Shown here piece by piece: positions 30,701 through 39,074 of a stretch of 64,000 nucleotides of DNA (position 1 is its first letter; the number at the start of each line of letters is the position of its first letter). The notes below the pieces were generated by a model that saw only the letters and a list, made by a program, of their open reading frames with translations, was not told the DNA's origin and did no database searches. Where the stretch lies: NCBI GenBank assembly GCA_049889275.1, contig JBMHDS010000129.1, positions 28,751 to 92,750 of the forward strand. Reading direction: 5' to 3'. The DNA is from Bradymonadia bacterium (GTDB lineage Bacteria; Myxococcota_A; Bradymonadia; UBA7976; UBA1532). Both the position numbers and the translations under genes were made by a program.

Positions 30701-31073
30701 CATAGAAGGCAAGCCTCCAACTTCGTCGTGCCAGATAGACTCTGCTGCGACTTCGCAACTCATCTACAGTGGGCTCAACCAAAACATAGACGCATGGAGC
30801 ATCTGACTGTGAGCGCGCCGCACGCAGCGCGGGTAGCGCGCGCCCTTGTGCCGGTGAGACTGAGAAGGACTCAAGTTCAGCCACATCGAATCCACGTTTT
30901 TTCTCAGCAAAAACCGCCTTGGCGGCCCGCCGAAAATAACGGCGCGATAACATCACCGCATCGGGCAGGTCTCGGGTGAGTTCCGACTTCAGCTCCGCCA
31001 AGAGCACGCTCCGCTCCGACTGACCCCTCGGTCCCTTTAACCCATCGCCTCGGGCGCCTTGCTCCATCAACAT
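27723..31073 (-). CDS. large (1116 aa) hypothetical membrane protein; soluble N-terminal ~520 aa plus C-terminal multi-TM region
   Basis: Single uninterrupted ORF. About 10 hydrophobic helices between aa ~560 and ~900. No recognisable catalytic motif. Transcribed immediately downstream of the MCE-domain gene. Confidence 0.6.
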   Translation of the reverse strand: MLMEQGARGDGLKGPRGQSERSVLLAELKSELTRDLPDAVMLSRRYFRRAAKAVFAEKKRGFDVAELESFSVSPAQGRALPALRAARSQSDAPCVYVLVEPTVDELRSRSRVYLARRSWRLAFYALLTAELRRQVDAGMLPNDAVWDTINRIGQTQFDEIRAAIQHMGRVAQPDDDRAIYCEFIATYLELRHFDPDGFLATFPHQSDHPHIAGIVLGQVDEADILNACRPALCAGMPPSAEKTTAPVMPQRAPLSPVSERTASNLRAIAGTFRDKGNAARTAILYATAARVSDGDRRSAEADLDRARLAVETLAERLLQAIPSADTDVDVVTQSLISLLSHCEKQRFNVEARVLYDLEKVCIAHEETLHQLAPIDWIRSRGQRSLVQELGKQRRVQMLRRLRGAMKRIAKTRLSRLDAQSLLLQLGHLEVHCERALRDDFRSVISAALEAAEMVPSNRAESIEWAKLTEELLDRICNRGFINIGDLRDVIAQNDLKLPDVTAKALLSGDKLLRADRRLADALPGVYRRGEVYMRGLQKLSSLSFGTALGRLLTLYLVLPFGGAFVLLEGLEHSIMVAVNKFTSSPASIVSWPAIGALGLLIGFMIHSRRVLNVVVRAAQSAWRALRFIVVDGPVRFMRQDWVRRLTAHTVYRFSIQFVVKPSLATAITWTVIRVFPLFGLSADIILSSLFICTNIILNSGPWRWFEEGVSELMFRSWRAVRFHVIPGVFELVMQAFNRMIEYMERAIYTVDEWLRLRSGDSRLTFGLKLALNIPWFICTYLIRIYINLLVEPQVNPIKHFPVVTVSHKIILPLTKTLITLFATPLVPVFGVVIGNAIATATVVLLPGVFGFLVWEFKSNWNLYAANQGGGFKTEIIGDHSETMLRFMKPGFHSGTLPSLYGKLRLAQHKGQGHKTVKFEEGLHHVEAAIERFTTRFLIKTLSMAPTPALWKTHVRHIGLSSHRITVEIGRKAGERPFEIAFEEKSGWLVVGTLQSGWVSTLDDKSLGWLLAALTGYYKLAGVEIVREQLESVLGIEETYDIRSGHVVAWSEQTKQLESIYDLGQARAQLRGLGRPDPMAMSLFFGAQRLMWDAWVGFWKQPQPGPPLVEHTLIPAA

Positions 31074-31085
31074 ACCATGCTCCGT

Positions 31086-32042
31086 CTACTCACCGATTGC
31101 GGTGATCGTGAGCTCGAATGTCACAAGGTTGTCGCGCGTCAGCTCGAGCGTTTTTGTGCCTGTGATCTCGCGAGCTGAGGCCGGCAAGACAACGGAGCCG
31201 ATTGTATCATCGTTTCGAAGGTCTCGGTCGACGACTCTGATGCCAACACTCTGCCCCTCTGGCCACGAAAACACCTCGGATATTAGATCATGGGGCCCGA
31301 GATCGAGAGCGTAGGTGTTTTGATAGCGTGCGCTTTGCAGAATATTTGTGTCACCACACCAAGCCTCGAAAACGAGATCTGGCGCGCCTTGCAATACGTC
31401 CCAAGCCTTTCCATTTAGCTTTGAGTCTGCGACTGAGACACGCCGCACAGCAATTCGAAAGCGCTTTTCCACGGGCGTGGGGGCTGCGTCGACTGCGATC
31501 GCGGCATCTGCTTTACTCAAGGCAGCGATGGCGGTCACTTGCGTTGTCGACGTGTCGACGTCTGCACCCTGAATCGTCTGAGGGTTTTCGACGCGTGGTT
31601 CGACCTGTAGAAGCGCTTGAGCGGCCCGCAAATGGTCACCGTCATGAATCAAAGGGCCGGGTGGTGTCCCAGGTATCAGCTGCAGCGTCTTGCTCGTTTT
31701 CTTGTCCGTCTTTGAGATCACCTGATGGGTCATTCGCCGATCCATGAGATAGCGGTATTGTCGCTCAGCGCGGACCCGAACCCGCTGTCCTTCAGTGCGC
31801 TGAAGCACCTCGGCTACGCGTCCAACCACCATCTCATCGACCGCGACCAGATCGCCTTGGGTCAATGCGTTAGGCTGGCTTACCCAGACGGTGAATTCAA
31901 TCTCCTCTGTGTTTGGATCGGTGGTCTGAAAATGCCAAAACCCGATCAGCAACGCTGTGCAAGCGAGGGCGATGAGAACAGCTCGAATCGGTGAGATTCT
32001 AGGGTCTGAATCAAGCATTCCAAGACATCCGAGGGGGCACAT
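31086..32042 (-). CDS. MCE/MlaD-domain protein (single N-terminal TM plus MCE beta-barrel)
   Basis: TM 'AVLIALACTALLIGFW' followed by 'EIEFTVWVSQPNALTQGDLVAVDEMVVGRVAEVLQRTEGQRVRVRAE', which is MlaD-like. An alternative start at 32018 is possible. Confidence 0.5.
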   Translation of the reverse strand: MCPLGCLGMLDSDPRISPIRAVLIALACTALLIGFWHFQTTDPNTEEIEFTVWVSQPNALTQGDLVAVDEMVVGRVAEVLQRTEGQRVRVRAERQYRYLMDRRMTHQVISKTDKKTSKTLQLIPGTPPGPLIHDGDHLRAAQALLQVEPRVENPQTIQGADVDTSTTQVTAIAALSKADAAIAVDAAPTPVEKRFRIAVRRVSVADSKLNGKAWDVLQGAPDLVFEAWCGDTNILQSARYQNTYALDLGPHDLISEVFSWPEGQSVGIRVVDRDLRNDDTIGSVVLPASAREITGTKTLELTRDNLVTFELTITAIGE

Positions 32043-32238
32043 TTGTCCACAGTTAGACTGAACTATACATAGCCGGTAATTTCAACTCACAAGGAATCGG
32101 CGCAAGCCATTCTGAGACGGGTCAATATATCTCCAAGCGCACCAACCGCTTCGAGCAGCGAAACATTCGCGAAAAGCGTGAAAAGTCATCGAGCGTAGAC
32201 TAATGTGGCTCACAGGCCAGTGTTTACGGGAGGGCTCC

Positions 32239-34995
32239 ATGTGGTTTCGGTACATAGGTTTGGTAATGGTGTTCCTCGCGAGTCAGTCCGCACCTGTGTG
32301 GTCGCTGCCGAATCAATTTGCTCAATCAGGCTTTCTGACCGACGGAGATGATAGGCCACTCGATGGGCTCTTCAACATTCGAGTTTTACTGCATGACAGG
32401 GCCGAGCCACGCAATGCACAACTCTTGTTCGAAGAGCTCCATCAAAACGTCGTTGTGGAGGACGGATGGTACTTTGTTCACGTGGGCAGCCAAGATGAAT
32501 TGCCCAGTGCGCTTTTTCAGCGGGATGCGCTGTATTTCTCTATCTCCGTAGATGGCGGCCGAGAGGTCACGCCGAGGATCTCCTTAGGCCAAGTACCCGC
32601 AGCGTTTATCGCTAACGTTGCTCTGAACGTGATCGGCGACATCGAGCCCCGCAGTGTGCGTATCAATGGCCAAGTGGTCATCGATGAGAATGGACGATGG
32701 GTCGGTGCACCGGCCGGTTTAGCGGGTCCCGCGGGTCCTGAAGGGCCGGCCGGTCCGGCTGGTCCCCAGGGGCCTCAGGGTGAACCGGGCGCTGGTGGTT
32801 CGGACACCCCCGCACAAGTCCTGGCTAAACTGCTCACGGTAGATGGTCGAGACAGTCGTCTGGACAGTGACCTACTCGACGGCTTCACGAGTGATGATTT
32901 TGTTCGCACAGCGGGACAAGTCTTGACCCGACTCAGAGCCGTGGACGGCTCTGGTTCCGGTGTCGATGCGGACCGATTAGACGGCTTGGACAGCAGCGAA
33001 TTTGTACGAACCGCAGCCGAGGTATTGGCCCGTCTTCGGACAGTCGATGGCGTCAACTCAGGCATCGATGCCGACCGTTTTGATGGTCTCGACAGCAGTG
33101 AGTTCCCTCGCACAGGCGCCCAGATACTTGAGAGACTGCGCGAGGTCGACGGCGAAGATTCCAGGCTTGATGCAGACCGTTTAGATGGGTTGAACAGCGG
33201 TCAGTTCATGCGCACAGACCGAGATACTGGCACACTCGGCAACCTAAATGTAACGGGGGCCGTCACGGCTCAACACCTGCGCATGGGCGCAGGTTCGACC
33301 ATCGGCGTCGGCGTGGCGCAGCCGGCCGCTGAGGTGGATGTCAATGGTCGGATACGGGCCAATTCTCTGGTCCTGACACCGCAAGCAGCCCCCCCTGAAC
33401 AGCCCACCGCCGGCCAAGTTTATTTCGATGAGGAGATGGCCACGCTTCGATTTTTTAACGGACAGGAATGGGTCAGCCTAGGGGCCGCGCCGCCAGACCC
33501 AGATGCAGAACGTGTCGACGACTATGTGGCACTCGTGAGAGGCCATGGCGCGATCGCCTATTGGCGACTCGACGATGAAGCCGGCCCAGCACTCGACAGT
33601 TCGGGTTCTGGCCATCACGGGAGCTATCAGGGAAACGTCATCCGAGCAGCAGAAGGCGCGATCGGACCTGGTGTGAACATTAATGAGGCCGGTTACATCG
33701 ATACACCCGTCGGTCTCAACGACCTAATCCGCAACGGAACGGCCGCAACTGTTACAGCCATCGTCAGACTGCCGAACGATTTCACTCAGGGTGGTGACCG
33801 TCCCTTCCGCTCAACACACCATATCTGGTCTACATTTGCCTATTGGCAGGGGGCAAGTATTGGGACTGTCGCGGGCGTTTCCGGCGTCCATTTCTGGAGT
33901 TTTTACAACGGCAGTAATGAGTATAAGATCAGCATCGGGGCTCAACCGGGTACCTGGGTACATGTCGCCTGGGTTTACCGGGGCAATCAGTTCTGCGGTT
34001 ACGTAAACGGCATCGGTCAATGCGTCAACGCGCCACTGCCCATCGAGCGCAGCAGCAATCGCCTGTTCAACATTGGCCGTTTTCATCAAGACCAAACCTT
34101 TCCGCCAACCTATCCCTCCGTGATTCAACATGTTGCCGTTTTCAATCAGTCGCTCACCGTTGAACAAATCCGTGAACAGGTCACCGGCTTGAGGGGCGAT
34201 ACCGTTCTCGACGGGTCAACGCGGGAATTGGCGGCGCCGACATGTCGAGAACTGCTCGAATCAAACCCACAGCTCGCCGGCCAGGACGGTGGTTATTGGA
34301 TCAATCCATACAGTCCCAACCCGAACGATGCCGTCCAAACCTACTGCGATATGAGCACCGATGGGGGCGGCTGGACGCTGGCGGCGTATTCGAGCGAGGG
34401 CAGCGGTGGGGGCGCCGATTGCCCTGCACGAGCGAGGCGGAATTTGTTTCCGATGAGTGAAGGTGGTGGCGCTTTCGAATTGGGCCGCCAAAATCCCGCG
34501 GCCTCGCTGCGCGCGGTGCCAATTGCCCGCCGCTCCCGGGACATGCTCCTGGCCCGGTCTAATCTGAACCGGTATGCGGGTAATATCGCGGGTCACACGG
34601 TCGCGACCAAGATCCGGATCCCCAACCCAGCCGTCGTCACATTGGCCAACGCGAGTAACCAGGCGGGAGAAGATCGGGGTGAGTGCGTGCGGGCAGAGAT
34701 CACCACGCTCGTCGGTCCCAATGCCACAGGCGCGGTGCGCTACTGGTTCAACCGCTCCCTCTCGGCGAGCTGGACCGACACCTATCCAACGAGTTATGGC
34801 GTCAGTGGTGCGGCGACATGTATGAACAATACACAAGGTCCTGCCTTCGCCACCTCATTCACGGGCCGTTCAGCGAGGCAACGGTATTGCTGGCCACACG
34901 ACGAACAAGGCGGTGCGTACTCTTACTGGCACAGGGGCTGGTACGATCCCACGGCTGATAGTCGTGGCGGTGCCGTCAGCATATGGTTTCGATAA
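32239..34995 (+). CDS. secreted multidomain protein: short collagen-like segment, four ~33-aa tandem repeats, LamG/pentraxin-like domain, fibrinogen C-terminal (FReD)-like domain
   Basis: Signal 'MWFRYIGLVMVFLASQSAPVWS'. Collagen triplets '[29 protein letters not shown]'. Repeats 'A.VL.RLR.VDG..SG.DADRLDGLDSSEF.RT' x4. FReD signature 'CRELLESNPQLAGQDGGYWINPYSPNPNDAVQTYCDMSTDGGGWTL'. Confidence 0.7.
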   Translation: MWFRYIGLVMVFLASQSAPVWSLPNQFAQSGFLTDGDDRPLDGLFNIRVLLHDRAEPRNAQLLFEELHQNVVVEDGWYFVHVGSQDELPSALFQRDALYFSISVDGGREVTPRISLGQVPAAFIANVALNVIGDIEPRSVRINGQVVIDENGRWVGAPAGLAGPAGPEGPAGPAGPQGPQGEPGAGGSDTPAQVLAKLLTVDGRDSRLDSDLLDGFTSDDFVRTAGQVLTRLRAVDGSGSGVDADRLDGLDSSEFVRTAAEVLARLRTVDGVNSGIDADRFDGLDSSEFPRTGAQILERLREVDGEDSRLDADRLDGLNSGQFMRTDRDTGTLGNLNVTGAVTAQHLRMGAGSTIGVGVAQPAAEVDVNGRIRANSLVLTPQAAPPEQPTAGQVYFDEEMATLRFFNGQEWVSLGAAPPDPDAERVDDYVALVRGHGAIAYWRLDDEAGPALDSSGSGHHGSYQGNVIRAAEGAIGPGVNINEAGYIDTPVGLNDLIRNGTAATVTAIVRLPNDFTQGGDRPFRSTHHIWSTFAYWQGASIGTVAGVSGVHFWSFYNGSNEYKISIGAQPGTWVHVAWVYRGNQFCGYVNGIGQCVNAPLPIERSSNRLFNIGRFHQDQTFPPTYPSVIQHVAVFNQSLTVEQIREQVTGLRGDTVLDGSTRELAAPTCRELLESNPQLAGQDGGYWINPYSPNPNDAVQTYCDMSTDGGGWTLAAYSSEGSGGGADCPARARRNLFPMSEGGGAFELGRQNPAASLRAVPIARRSRDMLLARSNLNRYAGNIAGHTVATKIRIPNPAVVTLANASNQAGEDRGECVRAEITTLVGPNATGAVRYWFNRSLSASWTDTYPTSYGVSGAATCMNNTQGPAFATSFTGRSARQRYCWPHDEQGGAYSYWHRGWYDPTADSRGGAVSIWFR
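32815..33226 (+). repeat. four in-frame tandem repeats of ~99 bp inside the collagen/FReD gene
   Basis: Units: 'AQVLAKLLTVDGRDSRLDSDLLDGFTSDDFVRT', 'AGQVLTRLRAVDGSGSGVDADRLDGLDSSEFVRT', 'AAEVLARLRTVDGVNSGIDADRFDGLDSSEFPRT', 'GAQILERLREVDGEDSRLDADRLDGLNSGQFMRT'. Confidence 0.6.
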
Positions 34996-37538
34996 TGGAG
35001 ACACTGATGCAGAAATACCCATGGGCGATGTGTTGCCTGACCATCACATTTACGCTGGGGTGCAACTCGGACTCAGGTGCAGGGGGCCCCGCGCCCGGAA
35101 TGGATATGGCAGGGAGCGATGCCGCCGTTGATGCGGCCCCAGCACCAGACCGATCGATCACGGCTCCTGACGCTGACCGACCCGATTGCGGTGGCTGCAG
35201 TGGCCAGCAGGTCTGCAACCCTGAGACCTTAGAATGCGAAGAACCGGACCGCTGTGACGGCGATGTGGATTGCGTCGAGAGCCGCGTGTGCATCGAGTCC
35301 GCTTGCGCGACGCCCTGTTCAGTGACTGGTTGCAGGGCGGGACTGCTCTGCCTCGATGACGGACGCTGCGGCGAGAGTACACCCTGTGAGGGTGACGAGC
35401 AATGTCTCGACGGCCGTCTGTGCGTTAACGCTCAATGCGTTGATGCGTGTGATGAGGACGCCGATTGCCCAGGACGCCAATCATGTGATGTGGAGACGGG
35501 TCGCTGCGGACTCGAGGGAGATTGTCAAAACGATGCCGACTGCAACGGCCTGCGGTGTACTGACGGCGTTTGTGTTTCGATGTGCAGCGCGATGATGCCC
35601 TGTCCTGGACGGCAAGCCTGTGCCGATGGACGTTGCTTCGAGCCCGAAGCATGTGAACTCGCCATCGATTGCATCGGTGCTCGGGTGTGCGCACTCAACC
35701 GCTGCGTCGAGCCCTGCCAAGAAGATGCAGACTGTCCAGAAGCCAGACGATGCGACCAAGAGACAGGCCTATGTCCTGAGCCAATGTCGTGTATGGCCGA
35801 TGAGGCGTGTGACCCAGGAAGGCGTTGTGTGGCGCGGCAATGCGCTGATGCCTGCGTGCCAGGCGAGTGCCCGGGCGGCCAAACCTGTTCGGAGGGCGTA
35901 TGCATTGAGCCCGACCGCTGTATTGGTGATATCGACTGCCTCGGTCGGCGACTCTGTGTGAGAGACAGATGCTCGGAGCCATGCGCTGATAACAGCGACT
36001 GCCTCGGCTCCGATCTGTGCGAGCCTGAATCGGGTCGCTGCGTTGAGTTCCAACCGGAGTGTATTCTCGATGGTGATTGTCCAGGTGAAGCTGCTTGTAT
36101 CCTCGGTACCTGCCGAGAAGGCCGATGCGAGGCGCATCGTAATTGCGCAGATGGCCTGGACTGCATCGACGGAGGCTGTGCCCCACCCTTGAGACCAATG
36201 TGTCGCGTCGATGCAGACTGCGGGAATGGTGAGGTGTGTGGTGACATCGGCCGCTGCGTTGACGCCTCGCCTTGTGAAGAGGATGGGGATTGCGAAGGTC
36301 TGCGCGGTATTTGCTACGCTGGTCAATGCATTGATTGTCGCGTCGACAGCGACTGTTTCCCGAGCGAAATTTGTGCCGGGTATCGTTGTGAATCCAGCGG
36401 TTTTTGTATGGTCGATGGAGACTGTCGCGGTGTCGGCAGCACGTGCATCGACAACCAATGTGCACCACGGGCATGCGTAGGTGACGAATATGACTTGCGT
36501 TTAGGCAGCCCACAGCTCGCGCCTCGAACCTATACCAATATGGTGCTGTGCGATGACGATGTGGACGTCTATCGCATTGAGATTGGACCCAACGAGGGGG
36601 TCTCCGCCCGCATCTCCCATGAGCCCGGAGCAGGAGATATCATGCTAACGCTGCGCTCCCTGGACGAAGAAGCCGTCGGTGTGAGTGAAGCCGGTGTTGC
36701 CCGTGCGGGCCTGCTTGCGCGTGGACTGCCCCGCATGATCGATATCATCATTTCGGGTCGACCAGGCTCCACTACAGCCTATACGCTGGATCTACGGATT
36801 CAATCTGCGGCGGTCTGTGCACCGGATAACTTTGAGCCTCCATTGGGCAATGCATCTCAGGACCAGCCCCAACAACCCCTCGGACAGGCGCCGCCCCTCG
36901 TGAGCCGTCTTTGCCAAGGAGACGTCGACTGGTTTGCAGTGACCGTACCCGGCGGCGTCACGCTGACCACGACCCTGAGCAGCGATCGCTTAAACGCAGT
37001 GGAGGCAACAATACTCGACGCCCTTGGACGGCCTGGGCCCGATTTCGAGAATACAGGACGCGATAAGCGCGCCGTCAGCGCGCCAATGCGCCGCACCGAT
37101 TATCGGGTGGGACTCTCGCTGCAGGCAGGCGCTGACAACGCCACCAGCTTCCTCGACTTTAACATCGAGATCTTACCAGGCGCGCGCGCTGCTGCATGCC
37201 TCGATGCCCCTCTAGCGGTGGTTGGTCGTCCTTTTTGGTTCGCCCCCCAACTCGCCGCGGACCGGTTTAGTCTGACGTGTGATGCAGATGCGACGTTTAA
37301 TGACCGAGTCGCCCGATTTCGTATCGCTGAGCGTGGGCTCTACCGCATCCTCACCGCTCAACCCGACCGCGGCACTCGTATCGCCGTCAGACAGAGCTGC
37401 GTTGATAACGCCACGGAGATCGCCTGCGAGCTCGGCGGGGAGATTCCAGCGCTGATGTTGGAACCAGGCGAATACAGTCTAATCATCGACTCACCGCTCA
37501 ACTCGATCATGGGTTTTACCGTCACCCCTGTTCGATAG
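34995..37538 (+). CDS. secreted cysteine-rich repeat protein (~20 CxxDxDC-type modules) with C-terminal PPC-like beta domain
   Basis: ATG overlaps the upstream TAA (TAATG). Lipobox 'ITFTLGCNSD'. Repeats such as 'CDGDVDCVESRVCIESAC', 'CEGDEQCLDGRLCVNAQC', 'CDEDADCPGRQSCDVETGRC'. C-terminus 'DVDVYRIEIGPNEG'. Confidence 0.7.
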   Translation: METLMQKYPWAMCCLTITFTLGCNSDSGAGGPAPGMDMAGSDAAVDAAPAPDRSITAPDADRPDCGGCSGQQVCNPETLECEEPDRCDGDVDCVESRVCIESACATPCSVTGCRAGLLCLDDGRCGESTPCEGDEQCLDGRLCVNAQCVDACDEDADCPGRQSCDVETGRCGLEGDCQNDADCNGLRCTDGVCVSMCSAMMPCPGRQACADGRCFEPEACELAIDCIGARVCALNRCVEPCQEDADCPEARRCDQETGLCPEPMSCMADEACDPGRRCVARQCADACVPGECPGGQTCSEGVCIEPDRCIGDIDCLGRRLCVRDRCSEPCADNSDCLGSDLCEPESGRCVEFQPECILDGDCPGEAACILGTCREGRCEAHRNCADGLDCIDGGCAPPLRPMCRVDADCGNGEVCGDIGRCVDASPCEEDGDCEGLRGICYAGQCIDCRVDSDCFPSEICAGYRCESSGFCMVDGDCRGVGSTCIDNQCAPRACVGDEYDLRLGSPQLAPRTYTNMVLCDDDVDVYRIEIGPNEGVSARISHEPGAGDIMLTLRSLDEEAVGVSEAGVARAGLLARGLPRMIDIIISGRPGSTTAYTLDLRIQSAAVCAPDNFEPPLGNASQDQPQQPLGQAPPLVSRLCQGDVDWFAVTVPGGVTLTTTLSSDRLNAVEATILDALGRPGPDFENTGRDKRAVSAPMRRTDYRVGLSLQAGADNATSFLDFNIEILPGARAAACLDAPLAVVGRPFWFAPQLAADRFSLTCDADATFNDRVARFRIAERGLYRILTAQPDRGTRIAVRQSCVDNATEIACELGGEIPALMLEPGEYSLIIDSPLNSIMGFTVTPVR

Positions 37539-37693
37539 CGTCGAGTATTTGAGCGGCTCGCAATCGAATGCTAAGCTGCTAGGCGAACGTCCATATCCGG
37601 GGGGAGATGACATGTTCAAAAATAAAATGTGTGAGATCTTGCTCCCGCCCTGCGTCATGGGCATGACCCTGTTCATGGGGTCGGGGGAGTTCG

Positions 37694-39055
37694 ATGAAGC
37701 GCACTGATTTTTTTGTTTATCTCGTTGGTTTGTTCGCCGCTGTTCTTTTGGCGACCACGAGCGCTTACGGCGCCCCGCCAAACGATTATTATGCTGCAGC
37801 AGCTGAGTTAGACGGCCAAGCCCTCCGCCAAGCGCTTCACGACACCATCGTCAACCACCAAGTGCTGCCCTACAGCAGCACCCGATTCGACGTACACGAC
37901 GGCATCGATGTCCTCGACGAACTCACAGAGCAGCCTGATGCAGTTCGCTTGCTCTATTCCAATTCTATAGCGAAGAAGACGTCATGGCCGGGATACAATC
38001 GCGAGCACGTATGGCCGGTCTCCCTGGGCGCCGCCGATGGCACGCCCGCACACACTGACCTTCACCACATCTTCGCATGCGACGCTAACGTGAATTCGGC
38101 ACGCGGTAATCGCCCGTATGACGAATGTGAAGGTGATTGTAATACCCACATAGAAGCGCCTGAAGCGCCCTTTTCTGCGCGTGCTTGGGAGCCACCCGAT
38201 CACCAGAAAGGGGACGTGGCACGCGCACTGTTTTACATGGATGTTCGATATGAGGGTGACTTCCAGAATGAGCCCGACCTGCGCCTGGTGGAATGGGGCG
38301 TGGAGACTGGCTGCAATTGCATGGGCCGTTTATCGAGACTGCGTGCGTGGCATGAGCTCGATCCGGTCGACGACGCCGAGCGACAACGCAATGACTCTGT
38401 GTACGCTATCCAAGGGAACCGAAACCCCTTTGTCGATCACCCAGAATGGGTGGACTCAGTTTATGATGTCGTCGTGATCGAAGAAGAAGATTTCGATATC
38501 TACGACCCGACAGAGATCGCCCCCTGGGTGAATGAATTTCACTACGACAACGAGGGCGTCGACATAAACGAGGGGATTGAGATTGCGGGCGAAGCCGGCA
38601 TGCGATTGTGGGGCTGGACGATCTTGCTCTACAACGGACGAGATGGACGTGCCTACGCCGAAATCGCACTCGACGGAACCATCGACGATGAAGGTCTGGG
38701 CTTCGGTGCCGTTTGGTTTGAGGTACCGAGAATGCAAAATGGTGGCGCCGATGCCATCGCATTGGTCGATCCAACGGGTCACGTGGTTGAGTTCATCAGT
38801 TATGAAGGGGCTCTTGTCGCCTTGGATGGACCGGCCAATGGCATGATGAGCACCGACATTGGTCTCGTTGAGAATGAGCAAACTCAACCGCTATCCAGCC
38901 TGCAGCGCATAGGCATCGGATTCGACGGTCTCGGCTTTGCCTGGGGTGGTGCCTTGAGGTCACCAGGCGTACTCAACTACGGACAAACATTGCTGCGCAG
39001 TGTACGCTTCCCAGTCATCGGTTTTGAACTGCCTTTCCTATTCCCCATGTTCTAG
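37694..39055 (+). CDS. secreted endonuclease I (EndA/NucM family) fused to a C-terminal lamin-tail-like domain
   Basis: Signal 'LVGLFAAVLLATTSAYG'. Endonuclease I core 'NREHVWPVSLGAADGTPAHTDLHHIFACDANVNSARGNRPYDE'. LTD-like 'WVNEFHYDNEGVDINEGIEIAGEAG'. Confidence 0.75.
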   Translation: MKRTDFFVYLVGLFAAVLLATTSAYGAPPNDYYAAAAELDGQALRQALHDTIVNHQVLPYSSTRFDVHDGIDVLDELTEQPDAVRLLYSNSIAKKTSWPGYNREHVWPVSLGAADGTPAHTDLHHIFACDANVNSARGNRPYDECEGDCNTHIEAPEAPFSARAWEPPDHQKGDVARALFYMDVRYEGDFQNEPDLRLVEWGVETGCNCMGRLSRLRAWHELDPVDDAERQRNDSVYAIQGNRNPFVDHPEWVDSVYDVVVIEEEDFDIYDPTEIAPWVNEFHYDNEGVDINEGIEIAGEAGMRLWGWTILLYNGRDGRAYAEIALDGTIDDEGLGFGAVWFEVPRMQNGGADAIALVDPTGHVVEFISYEGALVALDGPANGMMSTDIGLVENEQTQPLSSLQRIGIGFDGLGFAWGGALRSPGVLNYGQTLLRSVRFPVIGFELPFLFPMF

Positions 39056-39074
39056 CTCTGGAGGCCGCCTAACT

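Noticed and set aside
29913-30806. 297-aa plus-strand ORF inside the 1116-aa membrane-protein gene
   Set aside because: It is antisense to a long uninterrupted, membrane-protein-like ORF. It has no start context or domain signal.
35525-36513. Three long overlapping minus-strand ORFs (240, 272, 229 aa) antisense to the 851-aa Cys-repeat gene
   Set aside because: They are His/Arg/Ser-rich low-complexity translations generated by the GC-rich repeat periodicity. The plus-strand repeat protein is coherent and has a signal peptide, so these are frame artefacts.
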